Positions 1 through 12,366 of a DNA stretch of 64,000 nt are shown here, in pieces. The stretch spans positions 131,967 through 195,966 of the forward strand of contig NW_015173145.1 in the NCBI RefSeq assembly GCF_001447785.1, in the 5' to 3' direction. The stretch comes from Gekko japonicus (lineage: Eukaryota). Both the position numbers and the translations under genes were made by a program. Under the pieces are notes generated by a model. The model was not told the origin of the DNA. It ran no database searches and worked only from the letters and a program-made list of their open reading frames with translations. Every line of letters begins with the position of its first letter. The first letter of the stretch is position 1.

Positions 1-842
1 TCCAGGCTCACGAATATTACTCACATTTTATATTTGATATACCCTCCCCAGACACATTTAAGCAGCACTAACTTTGAATGGCAGATCAAAACTCTCCCCC
101 TCTCCCAAGCTCAGGCATTTCATCGTGGATTTGCTGTTAACTTTATTCTGTTGCTGCTATTATCTGCTATTTTTATTTATATCTGTAATTGCTGCTGTTT
201 ACCTCTTGCTTTCATGGGTTGTAGAATCTTATCTTAATCTGGATTTCTTTAATGTTGTAAGCTACCTTGAAGTATGTTCAGTTGAACGTGGTCATGTGAG
301 TTGCTAAACTGGAAATAACACAATCCTCTCCCCCCCCCCCCCCCCTTTGGATTACCTTCCATGTCCTCACTTTGAGAGACTGACATAGTTTATTCCTTGA
401 GTCTCTTTAGCACGCAAAGTATATTGTCAACAGTGTGATTTCAGTGCTTCTGCTTTTGCAAAGTTGTGATTGTTTGTGTGCTTTTGCTGGCTGTTCCATA
501 GAGCAGCTGTTTGTAGTTCAGCAGTCACCCTCGTTTTAGAGTTACTTCAAATAGAGACTGGAAACATTCTGCCTCTTAGTGCTTTATCTCGTTAATGATT
601 TAATAGAACCTTGTGCAGGAACAAACACTATCAGACAAAAGTCCTCTTCCTGAAAGTGTTTATATTTTAAATGATGCACAAATGATTCTGCGAAGCAGAG
701 GAGGTGGATTTGCTTAGAAGTGTGGTCGTCTGTAGAAGTGGAGAACAGTGGTGCTTGTTGCTTATGCACGACGAAGGAAAACAAGCCAGAGCTAAATCTG
801 TTGTTGTGCTTCCCTTTTCTTAGGAAACACTTCGCATCCTAC

Positions 843-1095
843 ATGAACTACGAAAATCCTCCACCATATCCCGGCCCGGGCCCTACTGCCCCGTACCCAC
901 CATATACCCAACAGCCAGGAGGACCCCCAGCTCCCGGCCCGTACCCTGGCTACCCACCGGGGCCTACGGGGCCATATCCAGCACAGGGGCCATATCCAGC
1001 ACCTGAGCCAGGCTACCAAGGATATCCACAGTATGGTTGGCAGAATGCTCCTCCACCTCCCGGGCCAGTCTATGCAGATGGACCTAAAAACACAG
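843..1095 (+). CDS. CYSTM1: CYSTM1 (cysteine-rich and transmembrane domain protein 1), first coding exon; Pro/Tyr/Gly/Gln-rich N-terminus
   Basis: Translates MNYENPPPYPGPGPTAPYPPYTQQPGG...YQGYPQYGWQNAPPPPGPVYADGPKNT, matching the recalled vertebrate CYSTM1 N-terminus. Acceptor cccttttcttag ends at 823, ATG at 843, donor AG|gtaatg at 1096. 253 nt, so the intron is phase 1. Confidence 0.95.
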
Positions 1096-2669
1096 GTAAT
1101 GTCTGCTGCTTGCGTCCAACTGTGCTGCCATCATGCTTTTATTTTTCATTGTCTACCCTTATCAGTATATTTATTATCCCCAGAGTAAGGGGATTGTTAA
1201 CTTCACCAAACTGAGCGGGTATGACTTGGCTTCCCTGCACTTATAGCCATCCCATCAGTTTTCTGCCCCAAAGAGTGGGGAGGATTTCCATGATGGAGAA
1301 GTGGATTGCTCTCTCCACTTCCGGCCATAGTTGCAGGTCTGGCTCTTTGCGTTTAGCCTGTCGTTGCTATTTTTGGTTCTCTTGTTTTATAAAATATGTC
1401 AGTTCCTGGTCCTAATGGGCAGGTGTTCCACAGGTTCCTAAATTGCAGGTGCAGGGAAGGTCATCTCAAGCAGCTGTCTGTGCAGCTTTTATTCTGGCAG
1501 ACACATTCTTGGGATTGATCATAGCATAGCATGTATTAATACAAATTGCTGTGAAACCGACTGCTGATCCCAGAGTCCTGCTGCCCACCAGAGGGGGTGG
1601 TTGGTGGGAGGGAGGAATAAGGTAGGCCCTCCTCCCCCTTCGGAGAACTGTTAAGTGTGTTGTTCACTGCCAGCATGGATGGAGCTCTGAGCTCTGGAAG
1701 GTGGGCAGTGAGCGCAGCTGTCCACGTTCCAAAAGAACAAAAAAGAACAAGAGTGTTCCTTGACAGGAACAGCCCTTTAAGCAGCAACTGCTGCCTCTTC
1801 GCTTGCCCTCTCCTTCTAAGCATTACTCATCTCTCTACCAGTCCGGGCTGTCCAGCGCAGGGGCTTGCTCCTCTTTGCCTTCTAATGGTGGCAAAGAGCT
1901 TCTGGTGGATTGCCAGCTGTGGCATTCTAAAATGAAAGCCGGGCAAGATTACATCTTGGTGAGCCTGCAGTGCAAGAGACAGCAGAGGGAGGTTTGTCAC
2001 TGTGTGCCCGTATTTCCTCTTGTGATGATCCTTCTAATTGGCTTGATTCGCAAGTAGTAGCCTGCTCCCAATGAAATCTGCTCAAAGATTTCTGCTCACT
2101 GTTGTCCCCTGAGCATGCGGCTGCCCCACCCCCATGTGCTTGTTCCTGGGTGTTGGTCAGTGAAGTAGAGACCTGCAATGGTGGGGGGGGGGTTGATTTG
2201 TTTTTTTTCTGGAGAGACCACTTTTTAATTGGGGCTGAAGAAAAATCCTGTTCTTAGAACAATCCCAAAGTTGTTGACTGTGAAACTTACAAAGCCTGTA
2301 ATAGAATATATGTAAATGAGGCACCTTTGACACTTTTAACTCACGTCCTCTGCTCTGCCAAAACAAGTGGATGGGTTTCATAATAGTAGAACTCCTAGGC
2401 TGCGTCCACACTGCCACAGCTGTGGGCGTTTTGCACGTAGAAAGAAATAGTTGCCTTCCAGGTAAGAATTCCAGGTGATGTCTAATGTTCAGTGAAGTTC
2501 TCGGTAGGAAGAACTAAGCCTGAGACTGGAATGTCTTTATTTTGGTAAAAGCAGCCTACTCTGAAGCGGCTAGTAAAGCAGATCTGGGGAAATTCCTTGG
2601 CTGACTGGCTCGCTTCCAGTCTCTCGTTAATGTTAGATGTGGTCCATTGATTGAACCGATAGTACTTTC

Positions 2670-3065
2670 CAGGGCTCTTTTTGTAGAAAAAGCCCAGCAG
2701 GAACTCATTAGCATAATAGACCACACCCAACAGCAGAAACTCATTAGCATATTAGGCCACACCCCTGATGACACAGCTCATTAGCACATTAGGCCGCACC
2801 CCCATGTTACCAGAAGTGTAGTCATCCAGCCACACCCACCTTTCGCTTCATATTCTGTTTATCTTGTTTGTTGTCCAAACCCAGGGCTTTCTTTGGAGCA
2901 GGAACTCTTTTGCATGTTAGGCCACACACGCCTACTGTAGCCAATCCTAATGAGTTTCTGTTGTTGGGTGTGGCCTATTATGCTAATGAGTTCCTGCTGG
3001 GCGTGGCCAACTTGGGGGCCAGCTGGAATTCTGTTCCTGTGCGTTCCTGCCCCAAAATAGCCCTG
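2670..3065. mobile_element. Non-autonomous hAT-type MITE (family B)
   Basis: Termini CAGGGCT...AGCCCTG; perfect 8-bp TSD gtactttc (2662-2669, 3066-3073); repeated subterminal ctcattagcat/ggccacaccc motifs in both orientations. Confidence 0.85.
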
Positions 3066-3253
3066 GTACTTTCTCTTTTTAAACAAATAATAATAAAACA
3101 GGCTAACTTGCAATTGGTTCAGCTCTCTGCAGACCAATTCACATGGTACAAAGTCCTTGTGAGCACCATGAGACCTTCCAATCAAACAACACAGGGAGTT
3201 CCCTGTTGGTACTCCTGGCCACAGAAGACCATTTCATGAGCAACAGTTACAGG

Positions 3254-3460
3254 CAGTGTTCCCTCTAAGCTGAGTTAGTGTGAGCTAGCTCACAGTTTTT
3301 AAGCCTCCAGCTCACACATCTTTGTCTTAGCTCAGGAAGGATGGCTCCAGAGCAAACTGATTTATGCAGTAGCCAAGTCACTCGCTCACAACTTTAATGT
3401 CAGTAAGCTCACAAAGAAGAATTTTTGCTCACAAGACTCCACAGCTTAGAGGGAACATTG
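3254..3460 (+). mobile_element. hAT MITE family A, copy 1
   Basis: TIR CAGTGTTCCCTCTAAGCTG/CAGCTTAGAGGGAACATTG; perfect 8-bp TSD gttacagg. Confidence 0.92.
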
Positions 3461-5430
3461 GTTACAGGTTAGTGCAACCCTATTTTCCCAGGTGCAAAGG
3501 GGTCCAATTCAAACTGGGACTACGCCACATGGGAAGAAGGGTGTAAGGTCCACTCCCTGCACTGTTTTCCCAATCTGAAGCTACTCTTAGAGGCCGCTGT
3601 TTGCCCCATTGGGAATATTTGCATACATGTTTCTTCAACAGAGCAAAGAACAGCTCCTTGGGGCATTTCAGGTCAAGAAAATGCTGTGGGGGTGGATGGC
3701 GGGAGACTTAAACACCCTCTCCCCATCTGCCGTGGTCCTGATTCAAGCCAGGAATTCCAAGCGGGGAACTGCCAACAGTGTATGCTGACCAGTTGTGTGC
3801 CAGTCCTTGAAGGTGCCACCTCTCGCCACTGACGCAACTCCACCAATTTTAATTGCTCCTCAAACAAGGATCTGTTTGATTCCTTCCGTACACCTGATTT
3901 TCCACAGTTCACTTATCAGCTGCTTTTCTTAAAGAGGTGAAGGGCTGGAGAAAAAAAGAGAGAAAACGTCATCGTCACAACCCTTCCCCCCATCAGCTCA
4001 GCCTTCCAGTTTGTCTAACAGGAAAAATGAAAATTCACAGGAGCAATTGAACACTTCAGTTTTCCCAAAGAGAAAATGTTGCCCATTTTAAGACAAGGCT
4101 TTAGCCCCTCAATGTATGGCATGTCTTAGCATAAAATCTTCAGTCTAGTGCATTAGACAGTGATTCCTGTGAGGACTGTTGACAAGTGCAGCATATTTCC
4201 AAGGATATATTGTTTAAATGTGACTATATTTCTCCACAATTAATATGCTATGTGTATGATAGTACACTGTCAAAGTTCAGAGTTTGCAGTGTTGTAAAAC
4301 TAACTTGATACCCAAACTTGCTGCTAGCCTTCTTATGACTATGTGGAGCTGTTGCTATGCAGATAATACCTCTTATTTCCTTGCTACAACTTGTGCATTC
4401 TATTTTCAGTTTTCATTCCCCCCCCCCATTTCAGTTTTGCAAAAAGAAAGGTACAGCACTTAGGAGCTCGCTCTCTGAGGTATCGGGTATGTTTGCAATT
4501 TTGCATGCATAAAACTTAGGCATTCATATGCCAAATAATATGTGCTGAGTTCTAAAAGACCTTTGGTGCTGCCAGTGCATCGGTTTTACTGTGAATCTCA
4601 AGTGGTGAATATCTGTGTATGGCTCACCCCTAGCTGAAACTAATGAAATAGCTTCACCAATAGGTATACAAAAGCGTTCTTTCTGTGAGCCATGCATGTC
4701 TTTCCACAGCATTAACAAAAAAACAACAACACAACCCCACGGACTTTGCTACCTTCCCTTATGCTTATCACAATATTGGTTTTGCAGGAAAATGTACAAC
4801 TCAAGCCGCGACTGGCTGCCATTCTCAGCGCTGGTCTGTTGTGGTGTAAGAGACTGAGTTTTTAATGGGTAAATAGTTTGGGAAGGGAGTTCTTTTTTTG
4901 CATGGCTGAGGATGGCATGACTGGATAGAGGTGGCTCTGTTGTGCAAAAAAGGGCAAAGGCAAGTCTTGTCCTGGTCTGGTAATCCGAGGTGACTTGTGG
5001 TCCACTGAGGTTTCCTGGAAAATTGGTCTCTGGATTTTGAGCCGCTTCCTTGACAGCGGGAGGGAAAAAGCTTCCCAGATAAAATGTTTAGATCGAGGGG
5101 CAAACATATAAGACCAAAATGTCCTGGGAGGCAGAAAGCAAGTCATGGAAAGGACCTTTTTAAGCTTAAAAGTCGCTGTTATACCTGCCTGGATTTTGAA
5201 GCTTAACTGAACCTGGTGCTGTCCCAGTCTTTCCCCTGTACTCTTCTATCAGTAGTGCTTTTAAGCAATAAATGGCTGCTGTTATTAAACAGTACTGTAT
5301 GTGCATGATAAACAATTCCAGGCTTTTTTTCCCAGTAGCCCTTGTAATACTTTCAAGTTTTTGAAGAAGAAGAAGAGTTGGATTTATACCCTGCCCTTCA
5401 CTCAGAGAGCAGTTTACAATCTCTTTCCCG

Positions 5431-5651
5431 TTGGCATACCAAACTAGGAAAGAAATAAAGTACAGATAGGCCTAAATCTAATTTCTGATCTTAATATTGA
5501 TTAGAACAGCTCTGTATTTTAACACTTTTAGATTCTTATTTATAATTTTAGATGCCATAATATTTTATAATTTTATTGCTCCCCTATCTGTACTTATCTG
5601 TCTTCTATTATACTGGTCTATGACCGTAATAAAGGCTTGTTGTTGTTGTTG
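5431..5651 (+). mobile_element. 3' end of a LINE (RTE-X-like tail)
   Basis: Ends tggtctatgaccgtaataaaggc(ttg)n, resembling the tail of the 39726 element (tggcttgttgccgtaataaa(tgac)n). Confidence 0.5.
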
Positions 5652-5756
5652 AGAGAACAGCTCTGAGAGCTGTGAGTGGCCCATGGTCACCCAGCAGGCT
5701 TCATGTGGAGGAGTGAAGAATCAAACCCGGTTCTCCAGATTAGAGTCCACCACTCT

Positions 5757-6019
5757 AAGAGCCAGTTTGGTGTAGTGGTTAAGTGCGCGGACTCTAATCT
5801 GGGAGAACCGGGTTTGATTCCCCACTCCTCCACTTGCACCTGCTGATGTGACCTTGGGTCAGTCACAAGCTCTGGCACAGCTGTCCTTGAAAAAGAGCAG
5901 CTCTCTCAGCCCCACCCACCTCACAGGGTGTCTGTTGTGGGGAGGGGAAGGGAAAGGAGCTTGTAAGCTGCTCTGAGACTCCAAGTGAAGGGCGGGGTGT
6001 AAATCCAATCTCTTCTCTT
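5757..6019 (+). mobile_element. Squam3-like tRNA-derived SINE, nested in the older copy
   Basis: Box A tggtgtagtgg, box B ggtttgattccc, tcttc tail; TSD cactct (5751-5756, 6020-6025). Confidence 0.88.
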
Positions 6020-6428
6020 CACTCTTAACCACTACACCAAACTGTACAGGACTATAAATCAGAAGTAGATAATGGAAGGTTTCAGATTTCCTTATTTTAT
6101 AAGCTCTCTGCCATGACTGGGATTCCTTGCAGAAATAAAGATAAATATGTATAATTTTTAGTAAGATCTATTTGTTTGACATTAATTATGGTAATATTGA
6201 AAATCCTTCAAAAATCGTGTAGGTTTGGGACACCAAAGTGTTACGAGTAGGAAGGATATTTGCTATTAAAATTGCTGTATTTTTATATCATTCCCAAGTC
6301 ATGTGAATAATATACCGATAAATGAATAAGGCTAACCGAGAGTTCAAGTACTGTTCAGCTGTCCGTGAACTCTGCTCAAAGTTACTTTAATCTTGGACAA
6401 ATGAATCATTTACAGAAAACTTAAATTA

Positions 6429-6787
6429 GGCCCCGGTCACATGACAAAGTTGCCATGGGAGAGGCACGGATGGTGGGCGGATTATCCGGGTGTGATCACA
6501 CCCCAACATCTGGGAAGTGGAGCGCACCTGAGGCTTACTGCCGACAATGCGCGTTAAAAAACTAGTACCTCCAAGGTACTAGTAAACGTTTGCCACGAAC
6601 TGCCTCCAGACGCCCGTGGTATGATCGCGCCGGCATGCAGCATTCCCCTCTGGTCCCTCGTTTACCCGCCAGCGCTGAGGGAAGGACCCGTGGTGTGCCG
6701 CCGGTGCGTCGGATCACATAATCGCGGATCAAACTGCGCTGGGGCAAATAGCCCCCCCCCCGATATCCGACTTGTGTGACCGGGGCC
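6429..6787. mobile_element. CpG-rich PIF/Harbinger-like MITE, copy A
   Basis: TIR ggccccggtcaca...tgtgaccggggcc; shares blocks with the copies at 24874 and 36174. Confidence 0.75.
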
Positions 6788-7279
6788 CCTATTGCTTTTT
6801 AATAGAAGTTAAGAGTTGAGATTGGCCTTTTTATCGTGCTGTGCCATATGTAACTCATATATACATGCTAACGGGATCATTTTTACTTGTGCTGATGATC
6901 TCCTATTTAGTTAAGAATCAAACTCTTATTTAGGTAATAATCACATGATTATGATAGGACAATTTAGACAAATATGAGATTGATATTTTTCTATAAATAT
7001 GCACTACCATGATAAGCAAATCAGATTTCTGTGGGCGAAAGTCTCAGAAGAGTCCTACATGAGATTTCTGTGTGTGTGTAATGTGGGCTTTCTGATAATC
7101 CCTGAAAGCAATGAGGGGGAAAACCCAAAACCCAGTTTGCTTTTTAAAATATTACTCACTATAATATGTTTAAGCAATGCTAGGAACTTTGATCATTTTA
7201 GCACTTAGTTTAGCACTTAGTTTAGTAATTGTCGGGTTAATTTTGACACGCTTGTATTTCTTACTGTCTTGCACAATAA

Positions 7280-7563
7280 AGAAGAGGAAGAAGAGAGAAG
7301 AGATTGGATTTATATCCCGCCCTTCACTTGGTGTCTCAGAGCGGCTTACAAACTCCTTTCCCTTCCCCTCCCCACAACAGACACCCTGTGAGGTGGGTGG
7401 GGCTGAGAGAACTCTGACACAAACTGCTCTTTTTCAAGGACAGCTGTGCCAGAGCTTGTGACTGACCCAAGGTCACATCAGCAGGTGCAAGTGGAGGAGT
7501 GGGGACTCAAACCCGGTTCTCCCAGATTAGAGTCCACACACTTAACCACTACACCAAACTGGC
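7280..7563 (-). mobile_element. Squam3-like SINE
   Basis: Full-length reverse copy, GAA-rich tail on the + strand. Confidence 0.88.
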
Positions 7564-8343
7564 GAGAACAATTTCTTTTCTCAGTAAAAGATAAGTCTGT
7601 ACAGGCTTTCACTCTGATTTGCTGGTTGTAGTTCAAAGAATTAAACTTATCCCTTTACATATTTGTATTATCAAATGAAAAGGTTGATAATCATCCTTTA
7701 ATAAATAAATTCTGGAGAACTCTGCTGCTAAATGGTTTGCATAGGCAAAGCCTTTTGAAATTGTTTAGTCTGGATTCCCTAATTGGATGTGGATGGGGAA
7801 CCTCTCATTACAGGGGTGTGTTTTTCCCCACAGCTTTAAAATTTCTAGAACTGTTATATCTCTGTAACTGTTTGAAATAGGACGCTGGGCTTGATGGAGC
7901 CCTGGTTTGACAGAGACCAGCTATATGAGAGGTTAGTGAAGATATTTAATAAAAGGTAGAAGCAAGTTAAGCAAAGTAGTGACATCAGCAGTAACTTTAA
8001 TACATGTTTTCCTTTTCAGTGGTGGAAAAAAAAATCAGACAAAGCATAAAGTCAGGATTGTGTATTTTGGGCTTTAAAAAAAACCCCAATTACATATGTT
8101 GATTTCTGTGACCTGCATAAACGGAGCAAACTTGTGCAGTCATCTTGCATATGTAAAATTTTGCTGGTATTCTGCAGCGTATTACAGAACATACTCTATT
8201 TCTGCTGGTCATGGGAAGGAGCTAACCATGGCACGGAAGCCCATGCCAGGTATTCCAATAACTCAGCACCAGCACACAGGACCCAAGTAGGTTCAGTTTA
8301 TTGATCAGAGTAGAGGACGCTCCATGAACTTCTGTGTCAGGAA

Positions 8344-8549
8344 CAGTGTTCCCTCTAAGCTGAGTTAGTGTGAGCTAGCTCACAGTTTTTTAGCCACCAG
8401 CTCACACATTTTTGCCTTAGCTCAGGAAGGAGGGCTCCAGAGCAAACTGATTTATGCAGTAGCCAAATGGCTTGCTCACAACTTTAATGCCAGCAGCTCA
8501 CAAAGTAGCATTTCTGCTCACAAGACTCCACAGCTTAGAGGGAACATTG
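8344..8549 (+). mobile_element. hAT MITE family A, copy 2
   Basis: Same TIRs and body; TSD gtcaggaa/gtacggaa (6/8). Confidence 0.9.
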
Positions 8550-9871
8550 GTACGGAATAACATAAAATGAGCGGGCTAAGCAGTTATGCCCCAATCGTAG
8601 GGCAGAGGCCAATGAGCAAACCCCCCTGCAAGCGCGGGGGGGGGGGGAAGCTAACGGAGCCATTGAGGGCAGGAGCCTGGCAAAGGAGGCAGGATGGATA
8701 CACCAGGCGCTCAAGGCCGCAGAGAGATAACAAGGCAACTGGGAGGAGACAGCTGGGGGGGAAAGCAGGGTGGCAAAGCGCAAGCGCACAGCCCACACAT
8801 TCCATCACATGAGACATCCCATGACTGTGTCAGTCGACAGCCCAGACCTCTGCAAGTACTCCTCAAGTGACACCTCTGTCTTCTGAGATTTTGCCAGGAA
8901 TGGACACAATAAATGCTGGAGAGCTGCTATTCAGGAATTTCTGAGTAAACTAAAAAAAAAAAACCTAAATAAGGAGGAAGCTAAACTGCAGACAGTAGCG
9001 CACACTGTCGCTTTTCCGTTCTTCTGAAGGATTGTGACATTGGTCTGTTCTGCTAATAGTTGCCAAGGTCCTTTCTGCTCAAGTTACCTAAGAGTTTAGA
9101 GAGACTGGGTTGGCCGCACTGTGTGTTCTCCAGCTGCCCAGTCTTTGCCCATCTGTAGGACGCCTGTGAACTTAACTGCATTCCCAAGCAGCAGAAAATC
9201 CCTTTCTGTTGGCACTCCTTAAAATAAAAATGTGCTTTGTACATTCAAACAGTATTCTTTTGTCACAAAAGAACTGATTTAATCTGTCTCTTTTTTTTGG
9301 GGGGTGAGTGGGTACTTTAGAGATTATTTAAAATGGGGCTTCAATTTCTAACTTGCTCCTTAGCAGTTATGCAGTCAATAAATAGATCCTCAGTTGATAT
9401 CAGATCTGGGAATTTCAAGGCTTTCCTTAACTCTGTTATCTAAAAAACCACAAGAAATGCAGAGCAGGTGAAACAAGATGGCTGCGGGTTTTTCAGGAGA
9501 TAATCTTGTTGCATTTTCATGCAGTGAGGTTCATCCAGGTATGTGCCCCATCTCAATTTGGGAGGGGGGGGCAGGAAGAGAAGGAAGGAGGTGGCAGTAT
9601 CCTCCACGTCCAGATTCAGTGAGAGCTCTTCACAGTTCCCGCAACTGGCAAATAGTCCAAAACCTCAAGATTGGCCAAGCCTAGTCCAAATGCTACAAGC
9701 CTGGTCATTGTCTGCTCAACAGAGTAGTAGCTGATTCCTGCCATTCAGGCTTCAGTTTATGGAGTTTCTCTTGCTGAAGCTCAACTTTCTGAGCTGCAAA
9801 GAAGCCCGGGTCCTCCAGGTTTGGGTTTAGATGGCCGTGGCTTTGGCCTCCCCGAGTATGTTTGTTTGCAA

Positions 9872-9893
9872 GGTTAGGGTTAGGGTTAGGGTT
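9872..9893 (+). repeat. Short (TTAGGG)3 telomere-type motif
   Basis: ggttagggttagggttagggtt. Confidence 0.7.
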
Positions 9894-10227
9894 GTGGAAT
9901 TCTTGCACAGGGGTTAAGAGGAGTTTTCCAGAAGGCAGCAAGATTGGGTGCAAAGATCTGTGTGTGTTGCTCACTGTCTCTTATTGGCCTCTGGTGGCTG
10001 GTGTGATACTCTAGCATGCAGGTTCATCATAAGCGCAACTGCTGGTGACAAGGCAGATTGAAACTGAGCAATTTACAAAGGCTGGTTAGTGCAGGAGCTC
10101 ATTTACTTGGATATGTTCTCCTTTCTCAGTCTTACACGTGAACAGTTGGTATCCTAATACCAACAGTCTCGTGTTGAGTTTTTTATTCTTAGCATTGTGA
10201 GAGGTGAAATCCTTATACGTGCACTGT

Positions 10228-10710
10228 CATAAGAATATAAGAGAAGCCAATGTTGGATCAGGCCAAAGGCCCATCCAGTCCAACACTCTGCGTCACACAG
10301 TGGCCAGAAATACCAGGGGCCATCAGGAGGTCCACCAGTGGGGCCAGGACATTAGAAGCCCTCCCACTGTTGACCCCCCCCCCAGCACCAAGAATACAGA
10401 GCCTCACTTGCCCCAGACTGAGAGTTCCTATCTATACCTTGTGGCTAATAGCCACTGATGGACCTCTGCTCCATATGCTTATCTAATTCCCTTTTGAAGC
10501 CGTCCATGCTTGTAGCCGCCACCACTTCCTGTGGCAGTGAATTCCAAGTGTTAATCACTCTTTGGGTGAAGAAGTACTTCCTTTTATCTGTTCTAACCCA
10601 ACTGCTCAGCAATTTCATGGAGTGCCCACGAGTTCTTGTATTGTGAGAAAGGGAGAAAAGTACTTCTTTCTCTACCTGCTGTATCCCATGCATAATCTTG
10701 TAAACCTCTA
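10228..10710 (-). mobile_element. CR1 LINE 3' end
   Basis: ORF2 end ...TRGHSMKL...RKYFFTQRVINTWNSLPQEVV...FKRELDKHM; (TTCTTATG)-type tail. Confidence 0.92.
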
Positions 10711-11059
10711 GATTGATGTTTCGGGTTTTTGTTTCTCATATTTATGCCATTCTGCCCTGAAGAGTCAGATGCATGCATTTATAAGTCGGAGAAAATTATT
10801 GGTTCAGATGTGCATGTTCCAGGAAACATAGACACTTTGAGTGGAGGGGATGCTGTCTTTAAAAGAAGGGTTGATTTACTTGTTTGTTTTTTGTCTGCAA
10901 GGAGCTTGGGACATTGCCTTACTGTTGGTCCTTCAAATGAGCAGTCAGCTCATTGGGTGTAAAGACGCTACTGAGCAATGGTGAGGCTGGGCCATCCCAA
11001 TTATAGGAGGGAACTGGAACTGAAAATGAGTGGTGTCTAATAAGCAGTGACTCCGTCCT

Positions 11060-11713
11060 GACTATATTTTCTTCCCTTATACCCAGCCTTTCTTGCCAGT
11101 TCGGGGCCCAAACTGGGTCTCCATTTTATCCTTACAGCCACCTTGCGATGTAGGTTAGGCTCAATGTGTATGACTTGCCAAGGTCACCCAGCAAGCTTCA
11201 GTGGCAGAGAAGAAGAAGAGATTGGATTTATACCCTGCCCTTCACTCGGAGTCTCAGAGAGACTTACGAACTCCTTGCCCCTCCCCTCCCCACGACCCCT
11301 TCTGAGGTCGGTGGGGCTGAGAGAGTTCTTTCTATAACTGTTCTTGAGAGAACAGCTCTGACAGAACTACGGCTTGCCCAAGGTCATCCAGCAGCTGTAA
11401 GTGGAGGAGTGGGGAATCAAACCCGGTTCGCCCAGATTACAGTCCACACACTTAACCAGAAGAAAAAGAGGAGGAGATTGGATTTATACCCCGCCCATCA
11501 CTACCCAAGGGAGTCTCAGAGCGGCTTACAAACTCCTTTCCCTCCCCCTCCCCACAACAGACACCCTGTGAGGTAGGTGGGGCTGACAGAGCTCTGACAG
11601 AAATTGCTCTTTTTCAAGAACAGCTGTTATCAGAACTAGGGCTCGCCCAAGGCCCTCCAGCAGGTGCAAGTGGAGGAGTGGGGAACCAAACCCGGTTCTC
11701 CCAGATCAGATTA
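11060..11713 (-). mobile_element. Two head-to-tail Squam3-like SINEs (11207-11457, 11458-11713) abutting an older related SINE (about 11060-11205)
   Basis: Two successive agaagaag-attggatttatacc...ttctcccagat units after a diverged copy. Confidence 0.8.
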
Positions 11714-11818
11714 CAGACTGGCGTGGGGGTTTGTATTTAGTCTCCCCTCATCCTTGTCTGACTTGCTAAGCAGTACACCACTCTGGATTTTAGGCAGCCT
11801 CTTATTGTGAGATTGTGG

Positions 11819-12366
11819 CTGTTGTCTTGTGTTAGGTAAAGGAGACAGACATTCTATATTCATATAAGTCTTTGCTGTACAAAGCTAAATAAAGAATGGA
11901 GAGACATGGATTTTGTGAGGAGCATTTGGAGTTAATAGTTAACTAAAGAACTGCGTCCAAGTAGGAGGCAAATGCACATAACCAAGATAAAGGGCTCGGT
12001 AGTAAGACAAAGGTGACATATTTGCTTTTAAAATAAAGCTGCTCATATTATTTGTACTGTGCAGACTGGTACTTGGTGCGAGTGTCTACGCCCATGCCTG
12101 TTGTCTTGTGTTAGGTAAATATTCTATATTCATATAACTCTTTGCTGTACAAAGCTAAATAAAGAATGGAGAGACATGGATTTTGTGAGGAGCATTTGGA
12201 GTTAATAGTTAACTAAAGAACTGCGTCCAAGTAGGAGACAAATGCACATAACCAAGATAAAGGGCTCGGTAGTAAGACAAAGGTGACATATTTGCTTTTA
12301 AAATAAAGCTGCTCATATTATTTGTACTGTGCAGACTGGTACTTGGTGCGAGTGTCTACGCCCATG
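11819..12366. repeat. Tandem duplication of about 275 bp of non-TE intronic sequence
   Basis: Copies at 11819-12096 and 12098-12366 differ by one short indel (ggagacagac vs t) and two substitutions that I could see. Confidence 0.92.

Larger units (their letters stand above)
5362..6043 (-). mobile_element. Older Squam3-like SINE broken by two insertions
   Basis: SINE pieces at about 5362-5430, 5651-5756 and 6026-6043 join into one minus-strand copy. Confidence 0.75.

Noticed and set aside
720-1214. 164-aa ORF as a complete single-exon gene
   Set aside because: It spans the acceptor at 823 and the donor at 1096; only 843-1095 is CYSTM1 coding sequence.
5757-5830. tRNA gene
   Set aside because: A/B boxes are present, but it is the head of a multi-copy SINE and I could not form a complete cloverleaf.
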